Positions 17,159 to 25,348 of a DNA stretch of 25,348 nucleotides are shown in pieces. Source of the stretch: Chloroflexia bacterium. GTDB taxonomy: Bacteria; Chloroflexota; Chloroflexia; DTKN01. Both the position numbers and the translations under genes were made by a program. The notes beneath the pieces were generated by a model. That model searched no databases and had not been told where the DNA came from. It saw only the letters and a program-made list of their open reading frames with translations. The stretch spans positions 1-25,348 of the forward strand of contig JAFGKG010000107.1 of the NCBI GenBank assembly GCA_016928715.1, given 5' to 3'. How positions within the stretch are numbered: position 1 is the first letter of the stretch; each line of letters starts with the position of its first letter.

Positions 17159-17164
17159 ATTATA
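17159..17164 (-). promoter_or_regulatory. Candidate -10 hexamer TATAAT for the small ORF/cyclase transcript
   Basis: rc of 17159-17164 = TATAAT in an AT-richer intergenic stretch. No good -35 (GTTTTA at 15 nt). Confidence 0.25.
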
Positions 17165-17549
17165 CGTGCTTTTCAAGTTTAAAACAATGCCTTTGTCCTG
17201 TTTCCCCGCCGCTGAGATGGGTAATGAGTACAAGTGGGTGTGGAGGGCTTGGTCGCAGTCCGACGCGCCTCGATCCCGGCGCAGTTGGCGGGCCTTTTGG
17301 CGCAATCTGGAAATAAAAAACGCCTTCCATGAGCAGGAATCCGGGCAGCAGGCTGGCCGGTTCAGGGGCCTCGGCGATGCGGGTGGCCTGGCTGTACGAG
17401 ATCAGGGCCAGGTCGAGCAGTGGCATAAAGGCCAGGGCAAAGAGGACCAGCAGGCGTCGGCGCACGGTCATGCGAAAGGCCGGCTCTTGGACCCGCATGC
17501 CCGGGCCGAAAAAGCGGGGCAGTTCTTCCTGCCAGGTGCGCTCTGGCAA
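17160..17549 (-). pseudogene. Alternative (+1) frame carrying the coding signal downstream of ~17540: probable continuation of the preceding membrane protein after a +1 frameshift
   Basis: Frame +1 relative to 17362..18015. Translation FRMTVRRRLLVLFALAFMPLLDLALISYSQATRIAEAPEPASLLPGFLLMEGVFYFQIAPK has two more TM-like helices and ~78% third-position GC until ~17330, then decays. T5/T6 homopolymers nearby (ccgcttttt, gcgtttttta). Confidence 0.3.
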
Positions 17550-18015
17550 AATAGATGATAATCACCGTGACCGGTCCGGCCAGGCCCACAATGGCCAGGA
17601 CGGTCTGCGCCGCGCGGTCCCAGTTGAGGCCGCCCCCGCTCTCCAGGCCGTTGGTAAAGCCAAAGATTAGGCCAGCCAGCAGCCACATGGCCAGGGTGGC
17701 CAGGGCGGAGTTGCCGGGCATGTTCAGGGCCATGCGCCGGACCGTTTGCGGGGCCGGGGCCGCGACCTGGCCGTCCAGCGCCCGCCGGTACCAGGTCCAC
17801 AGCGGGGCCTGGCGGCGCTCGATCAGGTAATTGCCCAGCACCATCAGGCCTGCCGAGACCAGCAGCAGCACGCCCAGGTCCAGACCCAGCGGGGTGCTTT
17901 GGCGGAGCGTGCTGCGCAGGTAGGACATGACCAGGAACGCGCCAAACAGGTTGGCGACGGTGGTGATGACCGTGATGCGCCGGGACAGGCGGCGGTAATG
18001 CGGATGCGCTTTCAT
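17362..18015 (-). CDS. Membrane protein of unknown function (4 TM in this frame), translationally coupled to the ClC gene. 3' end probably frameshifted
   Basis: ATG 18015 overlaps the ClC stop (ATGA, rc of 18012-18015). TM helices ITVITTVANLFGAFLVMSYL, LGVLLLVSAGLMVLGNYLI, ALATLAMWLLAGLIFGF, VLAIVGLAGPVTVIIIYFA. After ~17540 this frame drops to low third-position GC and P/G/R-rich garbage before its stop at 17362. Confidence 0.55.
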   Translation of the reverse strand: MKAHPHYRRLSRRITVITTVANLFGAFLVMSYLRSTLRQSTPLGLDLGVLLLVSAGLMVLGNYLIERRQAPLWTWYRRALDGQVAAPAPQTVRRMALNMPGNSALATLAMWLLAGLIFGFTNGLESGGGLNWDRAAQTVLAIVGLAGPVTVIIIYFARAHLAGRTAPLFRPGHAGPRAGLSHDRAPTPAGPLCPGLYATARPGPDLVQPGHPHRRGP

Positions 18016-20093
18016 TCTTCCACTTTTTCCTCTTCCCCGGTCAGGCAGCGGCGGGCCTGCCGCAGGCAGGCGTCGTCGGCAAAGAGGGTGACCCGGTCGC
18101 CGGCCTGCAGCCGGGTCTGGCCGTGGGCGATCTGCAGCTTGTAGTTGCGCCGCACGGCGATCAGCAGGCACTGCTGGGGCAGCTCGAGTTCACTGACCCG
18201 CTTGCCCACGGCCGGCGCGCCGGGCGCGATGTCCAGGTGCACAAAGCTGGTGTCGTCCAGTTTGCCCAGGCGCATGAGCTTGGCCCGGTGCTGCTGGTGA
18301 GCGCGCAGGGCGATGGCCCGATCGTAGGCCTGGATAATGTCCGACCGGCGGACCACGCCGACCAGTCTGCGCGAGCCCTCGTGCTCCACCACGGGCAGCC
18401 GGCTGACGTTGCGCACGCCCAGGCGGTGCAGGGCCTTCCACATGGGCTCGTAGGGATGGGCCAGCAGCAGGTCCCGGGTGGTGGCGATGTCGGCGACCGT
18501 CTTGCCCTCCAGGGATCCGCCCTGGCGGGCGCGCTCCAGGTCGCGGATGCTGACCACGCCGGCCAGCAGGCCCTCCTCATCCACCACCGGGAAGCCGTGG
18601 TGGTGGGTGCGCGCAAACTCGTCCAAGAGGATCTCCAGCGGTGTGCCCAACTGGACCACATCCAGCTCGGTGGTCATGGCCTCCCCCACGGTGACCCCCT
18701 GCATGACGTCGATGTCCTGGCCCTGCTGCAGGTGGACGCCGCGGCGTTTGAGCTTGAGGGTATAGATGGATTCGGGGCTGATGACGCGGGAGATGATCGT
18801 GCTGATTACGGTGGCCAGCATCAGCGGCAGGATGATCCGATAGTCGCGGGTCATCTCGAATACGATCAGGATGGCCGTGGCCGGGGCGTGGGCAGCGCCG
18901 CTGAAAAAGGCGGCCATGCCGACCAGGGCGTAGGCGCCGGAGGGCGCGGTGGCGGCGGGGAAAAACTGGTGCGAAATCCGCCCAAAGGCCTCGCCCAACA
19001 TGGCCCCCATAAAGAGCGAGGGGGCAAAGACGCCGCCGGAGCCGCCGGAGCCCAGGGTGAGGATGGTGGCGACCAGTTTGAGCAGCAGCAGCAAGAGGGC
19101 GATCTGCAGGGTCAGCTCCCCCAGCAGGGCGCGGTCGATGCTGTCATAGCCCACCCCAAAGGCCAGGGGGTATCCAGCCGCCTTGAGGCTGAATAGGCCC
19201 AAAAGGCCGAGCAGGAGGCCGCCGAGGGCCGGCTTGACGTATTCGGGCAGGGGGATTTTCTCAAATAGATCCTCGCCCAGGTAGAGCAGGCGGGAAAAGG
19301 CCACCGAGACGATGGCCGCGAATAATCCCAGCAGGGCGTACAGCAGCAGTTCCCAGGGAGAATTCAGGGTGTATTGGGGGACCGCGGCAAAGGTCATGAC
19401 CTCGCCCTCCAGTACAAAGGAGATGATGTCGGCGACCACGGCCGAGATGACCACGGCGCCGAAATAGACGGCGTGGAACTGGCCCAGGATGATCTCCAGG
19501 GCAAAGAGCGCTCCGGCGATGGGGGCGTTAAAGATGGCGGCGATGCCGCCGGCCGCGCCGCAGGCGACCAGGTTGCGCACCCGCTCGTCGGAAAGCTTGA
19601 GCCACTGGCCCACGGTCGAGCCCAAGCCCGCGCCAATCTGGGCGATCGGTCCCTCGCTGCCGGCCGAGCCGCCGCTGCCGATGGTGACGGCCGAGGCCAG
19701 GGCTTTGATCAGGGCGACCTGGGGACGGATGCGCCCACCCCGGAGGGCTACGGCTTCCATGACCTCGGGCACGCCGTGGCCCTTGGCCTCGCGGGCAAAA
19801 CGGTAGATCATGGGGCCGACGATGGCCCCGCCCACGGTGGGGATGATCAGGAGGTGCCAGGGCGAGAGACCCCCCAACCAATGGGCCAGCCGCTCGTAGG
19901 AGAAATGCTGCATTTCTTCGATGAGCCACCGGAAAAAGACCGAGCCCAGGCCGGCCCCCGCGCCCACCAGCACGGCGGTAAACATAATAATGACCGATTC
20001 GGGTACGGCGTGCTCGGCGATCCAGCGCAGCACGTTCCGGCGAAACTTGGGCAGCAGGCCTGGTTTTTCTGTGCTCAGTGCTTGGAAGGGCAT
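18012..20093 (-). CDS. ClC-family chloride/proton channel-transporter with C-terminal CBS pair and TrkA-C-like domain (693 aa)
   Basis: ClC motifs GSEGP (gating-Glu motif, cf. GREGP) and GGVFAPS (cf. GxFxP). C-terminal CBS-like repeats (HHGFPVVDEEGLLAGVVSIRDL; LPVVEHEGSRRLVGVVRRSDII), then a TrkA-C-like end. Start moved from the track's 20615 to ATG 20093 (MPFQALSTEKPG) with AGGAGA upstream. The track's first 174 aa are low-complexity overlap with the upstream gene. Confidence 0.85.
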   Translation of the reverse strand: MPFQALSTEKPGLLPKFRRNVLRWIAEHAVPESVIIMFTAVLVGAGAGLGSVFFRWLIEEMQHFSYERLAHWLGGLSPWHLLIIPTVGGAIVGPMIYRFAREAKGHGVPEVMEAVALRGGRIRPQVALIKALASAVTIGSGGSAGSEGPIAQIGAGLGSTVGQWLKLSDERVRNLVACGAAGGIAAIFNAPIAGALFALEIILGQFHAVYFGAVVISAVVADIISFVLEGEVMTFAAVPQYTLNSPWELLLYALLGLFAAIVSVAFSRLLYLGEDLFEKIPLPEYVKPALGGLLLGLLGLFSLKAAGYPLAFGVGYDSIDRALLGELTLQIALLLLLLKLVATILTLGSGGSGGVFAPSLFMGAMLGEAFGRISHQFFPAATAPSGAYALVGMAAFFSGAAHAPATAILIVFEMTRDYRIILPLMLATVISTIISRVISPESIYTLKLKRRGVHLQQGQDIDVMQGVTVGEAMTTELDVVQLGTPLEILLDEFARTHHHGFPVVDEEGLLAGVVSIRDLERARQGGSLEGKTVADIATTRDLLLAHPYEPMWKALHRLGVRNVSRLPVVEHEGSRRLVGVVRRSDIIQAYDRAIALRAHQQHRAKLMRLGKLDDTSFVHLDIAPGAPAVGKRVSELELPQQCLLIAVRRNYKLQIAHGQTRLQAGDRVTLFADDACLRQARRCLTGEEEKVEE

Positions 20094-20157
20094 ACGCGTT
20101 CTCCTGAACCAGTTTTGAGCGCCGGTGCGTTCTAGGACAACGGATCTAGCTTTGGGT

Positions 20158-21549
20158 CTACCACCTTTGTACGGCCCTGAAGGCGGCCTCAAAGCACGCC
20201 GCCGGTGCTCGCAGCACGCCCGCCCCGACCATGCCGATGCCGGGTTCCTTGTGGGCGATGCCGGTGTTGAGCCGGGGCCGGATGCCGCTTTCCGCCACCA
20301 GGCGCACATCGATGCCCAGGGGCGTGCCGCGAAAGTCGAGGGCCGGCAGGGTGAAATGCTCGTGCTCGGCAAAGCAGATCTCGTACATCTCCAGGGTGGT
20401 CTCCAGGGCGTCCTCGGGGCTGCCCCCGACAAAGCGGGCGATGGCCGGCGCGCCGGCCATGGCAAAGGCGCCAAAGCCGGCCGTCTCGGTGACCGTGCTG
20501 TCGCCGATGTCGGGGTTGGCGTCCTCGGCGCCAAAGCCGGGCAGGTAGAGGCCGTCCACGACCCCGGCCGGGGCGGTGAACCAACGCTCGGGCTCGCCGG
20601 CCAGGCGGATGCCAAAGTCGGTGCCGTTGCGAGCCATTACGCTCAGGACCGTGCTGCCGGGGATGCCCTCGGCCGGCTCCAGTAAGGCCTTGGCCGCGGC
20701 CATGGAGAGGTTGAGGAAGAAATGGTCGTTCTTTTCAATAAACTCAAAGACCGCGGCCGCCCGCTGCCCGTCCGGGCAGGTGCGCATCAGGGCCGGGGTG
20801 ATGGCGCGCAGAAAGAGCGAGGTGCCGGCGCGGTTGCGGTTGTGGCATTCGTCGCCCATGTGCAGGGCCTGGCTGATCAGGGCGCGCAGGTCAATGCCGT
20901 CCTCGATCGATTCCAGGGCCGCCTGCAGGGTGGGGTAGAGCATCTCTTCCATCCAGCGCAGCCGCTCATAGACCCCCGGGCCGTAGGCGCCGTAGCGCAG
21001 CACCCGGCCCAGTCCCTCGTTCTGGGTGGCATAGGCCAGGTTGCCATAGGCCTGGTTCTCGACGACAAAGACGGGCATGGAGGGCGAGATGATGCCGGCC
21101 ATGGGCCCCACGGCGTGGTAGTGGTGGCAGGGGGCGAACTCGACCTCGCCCTCGGCGGCCAGGGCCGCAGCCTGTTCTTCGTCCTCGGCCAATCCTTCGT
21201 AGACCAGGGCGCCCATGACCGCCCCTCGCTGGGGCCCGCACATGCGCTCCCAGGCGATGGGCGGGCCGGCGTGCAGGATGAGGCGGTCGTGGCAGCCGGG
21301 GATGACCTGGCGAGCCGGGCCCAGGCCGAGTAGGCGGGGCCGGCCGGCGTTGATGCGCCGGCAGGCCTCGGCGTTGGCCGCCTCGATGTCGATGCCCTGC
21401 CCGGTGTGGTGCAGCTTGGGCACGCGCGGTGGGCTCCAGTCCACTTGGGTGACCGCCGCGCCCTGGGCCCGCAGGCTCTGGGCAAAGGCGTCCAGGCCGG
21501 CGTTGATGGCGTAGAGGGGGCGGGGAAGGAGATTGGATTTTTCTGCCAC
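20158..21549 (-). CDS. Conserved FdrA-partner protein, probably DUF1116 (YlbE-like) family
   Basis: 463 aa. GTG start 21549 preceded by AGGAGC. Sits immediately downstream of the FdrA-like gene, as ylbE does after fdrA. Family assignment from gene context and size only. Confidence 0.6.
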   Translation of the reverse strand: MAEKSNLLPRPLYAINAGLDAFAQSLRAQGAAVTQVDWSPPRVPKLHHTGQGIDIEAANAEACRRINAGRPRLLGLGPARQVIPGCHDRLILHAGPPIAWERMCGPQRGAVMGALVYEGLAEDEEQAAALAAEGEVEFAPCHHYHAVGPMAGIISPSMPVFVVENQAYGNLAYATQNEGLGRVLRYGAYGPGVYERLRWMEEMLYPTLQAALESIEDGIDLRALISQALHMGDECHNRNRAGTSLFLRAITPALMRTCPDGQRAAAVFEFIEKNDHFFLNLSMAAAKALLEPAEGIPGSTVLSVMARNGTDFGIRLAGEPERWFTAPAGVVDGLYLPGFGAEDANPDIGDSTVTETAGFGAFAMAGAPAIARFVGGSPEDALETTLEMYEICFAEHEHFTLPALDFRGTPLGIDVRLVAESGIRPRLNTGIAHKEPGIGMVGAGVLRAPAACFEAAFRAVQRW

Positions 21550-21566
21550 GGTTGTGCTCCTGTGAG

Positions 21567-21582
21567 AACGTGAAAACGTGAA
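21567..21582. repeat. Tandem direct 8-mer AACGTGAA x2 in the 34-nt FdrA/DUF1116 intergenic spacer
   Basis: gAACGTGAAAACGTGAActc read directly. Shares the ACGT(G/T) core and 8-bp period of the terminal array at 25027-25348. Confidence 0.5.
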
Positions 21583-21583
21583 C

Positions 21584-23140
21584 TCAATACTCAAGGATGC
21601 GGCCGGCCAGTCGGGCGGCGGCGGCGTTGCAGGGCGCGACGACGGCACCGGCGCCTTCCAGCGCCCCCACCTGCCGCTGCAGGTCCTGGGGGTCGTCGGC
21701 CGTCCCGGTCACCGAGGCCACCACCAGCAGCTCGCGGCCGTCTTGGGCGGCCTGCGCCCGCGCCCGGTAGAGGGCCGGGGCCAGTTCGGCGGCCGGGTCG
21801 GGGTGGGCGCCGTAGCCCAGGACGATGTCCAGCAGGATCACGGCGACCTCGGGATCGGTGGCCTCCTGGAAGAGGCGGCGGATGCGCAGGTCGTGGTCGA
21901 GCATGGGGTGCGGCCGGCCGACGGTAAACTCGTCCGCGCCCAGGTCCAGCAGGCAGTGGCCCTGGCTGCGGGCCGGGTCGGGCAGGGCCAGCTCTGGCCG
22001 CAGCGGCACGTTGGAGCGGACCGCGCCCAGGCTGTCCTCCAGGACGATCAGGGCCTCGCCGGCCAGGGTGCCGCCGCTGTAGAGGCCGCGTAGGCAGCGC
22101 TGGCCCGCCTGCAGCCGCGCGGCCAGCTCGCCGGCCAGGGCCCGCTGCTCGGCGCGCTCGCGCTCCAGGGCCTGCTCAAGGGAGGGCCCGCTGTAGCCCG
22201 CGACCTGGGCCGCGGTCCGGTAGGCCGCCTCCTGCAGGGTGCGGGCGGGGATGACCGCGCTGGCGAGCTCGGTTTCGCCGCCCAGGAAACAGACCACGGT
22301 GGGCTTGTCGCCCCGGCCGGCCTGGGTCAACACACGTTCGGCCACGGACGCGGCGGGCGGCTTGGAGATGAGCAGCAGCACCTCGCTGGCGGGGTCCTGC
22401 TGCAGCCGCCGCAGGCCCTCCAGCATCATGAGGCCGCCGACGGCCTCTTTGAGATCGCGGCCGCCCGTGCCGATGCCCTGGCTGAGCCCGACCCCCAGCC
22501 GGGCCAGCAGGCAGGCGGCCTCCTGCAGGCCGGTGCCCGAGGCCGAGACGATGCCCACCGGGCCGCGGGGGACGGCGTTGGCAAAGCCCAGGGCCACCCC
22601 GTCGAGGATGGCCGTGCCGCAGTCGGGCCCCATCAGCAGCAGGCCGTGTTCGACGGCGTAGCGCTTGAGGGCGACCTCGTCCTCCAGGGGCACGTTGTCG
22701 CTAAAGAGCAGCACGTGCAGGCCCTGGTGCAGGGCCTCCCAGGCCTCGGCGGCGGCGTGGGCGCCGGGCACCGAGATCAGGGCCAGGTTGGCGGCCGGCT
22801 GGGCCCGCGCGGCGCTGCGGATGGAGCGGGGGCGAAAACCGCGGCGGCCGCCGGGCCCGGACGCGGGCCGGCGGGCCAGCAGTTGCCCGGCCCGTTCCAG
22901 GGCCTGCTCGGCGTCGGACTGGCTCTCGGCCCGCACGGCGACGAGCAGGTCGTTGGGGCCGGCCGCCTCGCTCTCGGGCTGCAGCAGGCCGGCCTCGCGC
23001 AGCAGGGCCTTGTTGGCGCCGGTGCCCATGACCACGGCGGCGTCCTGGACGCCGGCCAGTTGGGTCAGATCCCGGGCCACCTGCATCAGGGTGACGGAAT
23101 CGCGATAGGTGCTCGCCTGGAGCAGAGTTTGTACAGGCAT
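21584..23140 (-). CDS. fdrA: FdrA-family protein (succinyl-CoA-synthetase-alpha-like CoA-binding/ligase-CoA domains)
   Basis: SCS-alpha-like motifs (GIVSASGTGLQEAACLLARLGVGLSQGIGTGGRD; LLISKPPAASVAERVL). 518 aa. GGAGG RBS then ATG 23140. Confidence 0.75.
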   Translation of the reverse strand: MPVQTLLQASTYRDSVTLMQVARDLTQLAGVQDAAVVMGTGANKALLREAGLLQPESEAAGPNDLLVAVRAESQSDAEQALERAGQLLARRPASGPGGRRGFRPRSIRSAARAQPAANLALISVPGAHAAAEAWEALHQGLHVLLFSDNVPLEDEVALKRYAVEHGLLLMGPDCGTAILDGVALGFANAVPRGPVGIVSASGTGLQEAACLLARLGVGLSQGIGTGGRDLKEAVGGLMMLEGLRRLQQDPASEVLLLISKPPAASVAERVLTQAGRGDKPTVVCFLGGETELASAVIPARTLQEAAYRTAAQVAGYSGPSLEQALERERAEQRALAGELAARLQAGQRCLRGLYSGGTLAGEALIVLEDSLGAVRSNVPLRPELALPDPARSQGHCLLDLGADEFTVGRPHPMLDHDLRIRRLFQEATDPEVAVILLDIVLGYGAHPDPAAELAPALYRARAQAAQDGRELLVVASVTGTADDPQDLQRQVGALEGAGAVVAPCNAAAARLAGRILEY

Positions 23141-23159
23141 TGTTTCCTCCTCTGCTCCA

Positions 23160-23187
23160 AGTATATCACGAATTTTGGGACGGTCAA
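23160..23187 (-). promoter_or_regulatory. Candidate promoter TTGACC (23187-23182) - 16 nt - TGaTATACT (extended -10, 23165-23160) for the fdrA-DUF1116-ClC operon
   Basis: rc: cTTGACCgtcccaaaattcgTGaTATACTtggagcagaggagg. The predicted TSS falls only ~10-12 nt before the ATG (very short leader), which lowers confidence. Confidence 0.35.
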
Positions 23188-23203
23188 GGGGGGAGAACCC
23201 CCC
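23188..23203. other. Perfect GC hairpin GGGGGG-AGAA-CCCCCC between the SBP-like stop and the fdrA promoter
   Basis: 6-bp all-G:C stem, 4-nt loop, read directly. No adjacent U-tract on either strand, so not a canonical intrinsic terminator. Possible attenuator or RNA-processing/stability element. Confidence 0.45.
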
Positions 23204-23206
23204 GGT

Positions 23207-24952
<1,746 letters not shown>

Positions 24953-25026
24953 ACCTGGGTCGCGATCTCGAGCAAGCTGTCCACGCCCCCCTTGGTGATG
25001 GACACGTGCGATCTCGCGCCGATAAA

Positions 25027-25348
25027 GGACGTTGGCGCGTTGGAACGTTCACACGTTCGCGCGTTAGAACGTTGGAACGTTCGAACGTTATGGGGGCAAG
25101 TGAAGGGTCAGGGGGAAAAGGGGGAAAAGACGTTGACACGTTCGCACGTTGGAACGTTAACACGTTCGCACGTTAACGCGTTGGGTACGGTTGACGGTTG
25201 CACGTTGACGGTTGAACGTTCGGGGCAAGTGGTGGGCCGGGGCGGGAAGAGCGGGAACGTTAGAACGTTCGCACGTTCGCGCGTTATGGGGGCAATTGAC
25301 GGTTGGGGGGAACGAGTGGGGAGAGACGTAGGGGCGGGCCGCCCCAAC
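25027..25348. repeat. Higher-order tandem repeat: three arrays of 8-bp-periodic NNNNCGTT units (about 8, about 12 and 4 copies; NNNN = ggaa/caca/cgcg/agaa/cgaa/gaca/cgca/aaca), each followed by a ~35-60-bp G-tract module (GGGGGcaaGTGaaGGGtcaGGGGGaaaaGGGGG etc.). Runs to the window edge
   Basis: Read directly: ggaacgtt cacacgtt cgcgcgtt agaacgtt ggaacgtt cgaacgtt | atgggggcaagtgaagggtcagggggaaaagggggaaaaga | cgttgacacgttcgcacgttggaacgttaacacgttcgcacgtt... | cggggcaagtggtgggccggggcgggaagagcggg | aacgttagaacgttcgcacgttcgcgcgtt | atgggggcaattgacggttgggggg.... The G modules each carry at least 4 G-runs (G-quadruplex-competent) and resemble one another. Confidence 0.7.

Noticed and set aside
17362-18015. 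CrcB/Fluc fluoride channel downstream of ClC (a ClC-F-type pairing)
   Set aside because: Only the TM1 motif (TVANLFGAF) resembles CrcB. The diagnostic N-terminal GGxxGS motif and the TGFxGGxTTFSTF motif are absent. The ClC also retains a canonical GSEGP gating-Glu motif.
18123-19196. 357-aa plus-strand ORF
   Set aside because: Antisense to the ClC gene, which has clear family motifs. G/D/A-rich low complexity.
20158-20615. The track's N-terminal 174 aa of the ClC ORF (start at 20615)
   Set aside because: P/A/S/R-rich garbage overlapping the DUF1116-like gene in another frame. A good RBS+ATG at 20093 gives a canonical ClC N-terminus.
25027-25348. Possible CRISPR array
   Set aside because: The repeat unit is only 8 bp with no unique spacers of CRISPR length, and there are no cas genes. 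It is a microsatellite-like higher-order repeat instead.

Overview
High-G+C window (roughly two-thirds G+C by eye), compactly coded, with no rRNA or tRNA genes, no CRISPR array and no transposase or integrase. Almost all credible genes lie on the minus strand. The many long plus-strand ORFs in the track (e.g. 47..1147, 6727..8958, 10047..12098, 18123..19196) are R/P/G/A-rich antisense shadow ORFs typical of high-GC DNA and are not called. Gene order from start to end: a partial membrane-protein gene; a fused RsbW-type anti-sigma kinase/STAS partner-switch gene; a divergent SPFH/band-7 gene; three hypothetical genes including a roughly 1019-aa membrane-anchored internal-repeat protein with its own TTGACG-N17-TATAAT promoter; a cell-envelope cluster (SAM methyltransferase, two very large polytopic GT-C-like membrane proteins, fused OppB-OppC ABC permease); a cyclase-family (kynurenine-formamidase-like) gene flanked by small unlisted ORFs; a candidate operon FdrA - DUF1116-like - ClC channel (CBS/TrkA-C) - translationally coupled membrane protein; and a scrambled 3' end with a 5'-truncated family-5 solute-binding-like gene, an ~80-aa P-type ATPase relic, and a regular 8-bp-periodic NNNNCGTT array interleaved with G-tract modules. 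The best candidates for undescribed biology are the membrane repeat protein locus (3717..6776 plus flanking hypotheticals), the kinase-STAS fusion divergent from SPFH through a palindromic shared -35, the ClC gene translationally coupled (ATGA overlap) to a membrane protein of unknown function, and the terminal periodic repeat/G4 array. All functional calls come from reading motifs by eye; no database search was run.
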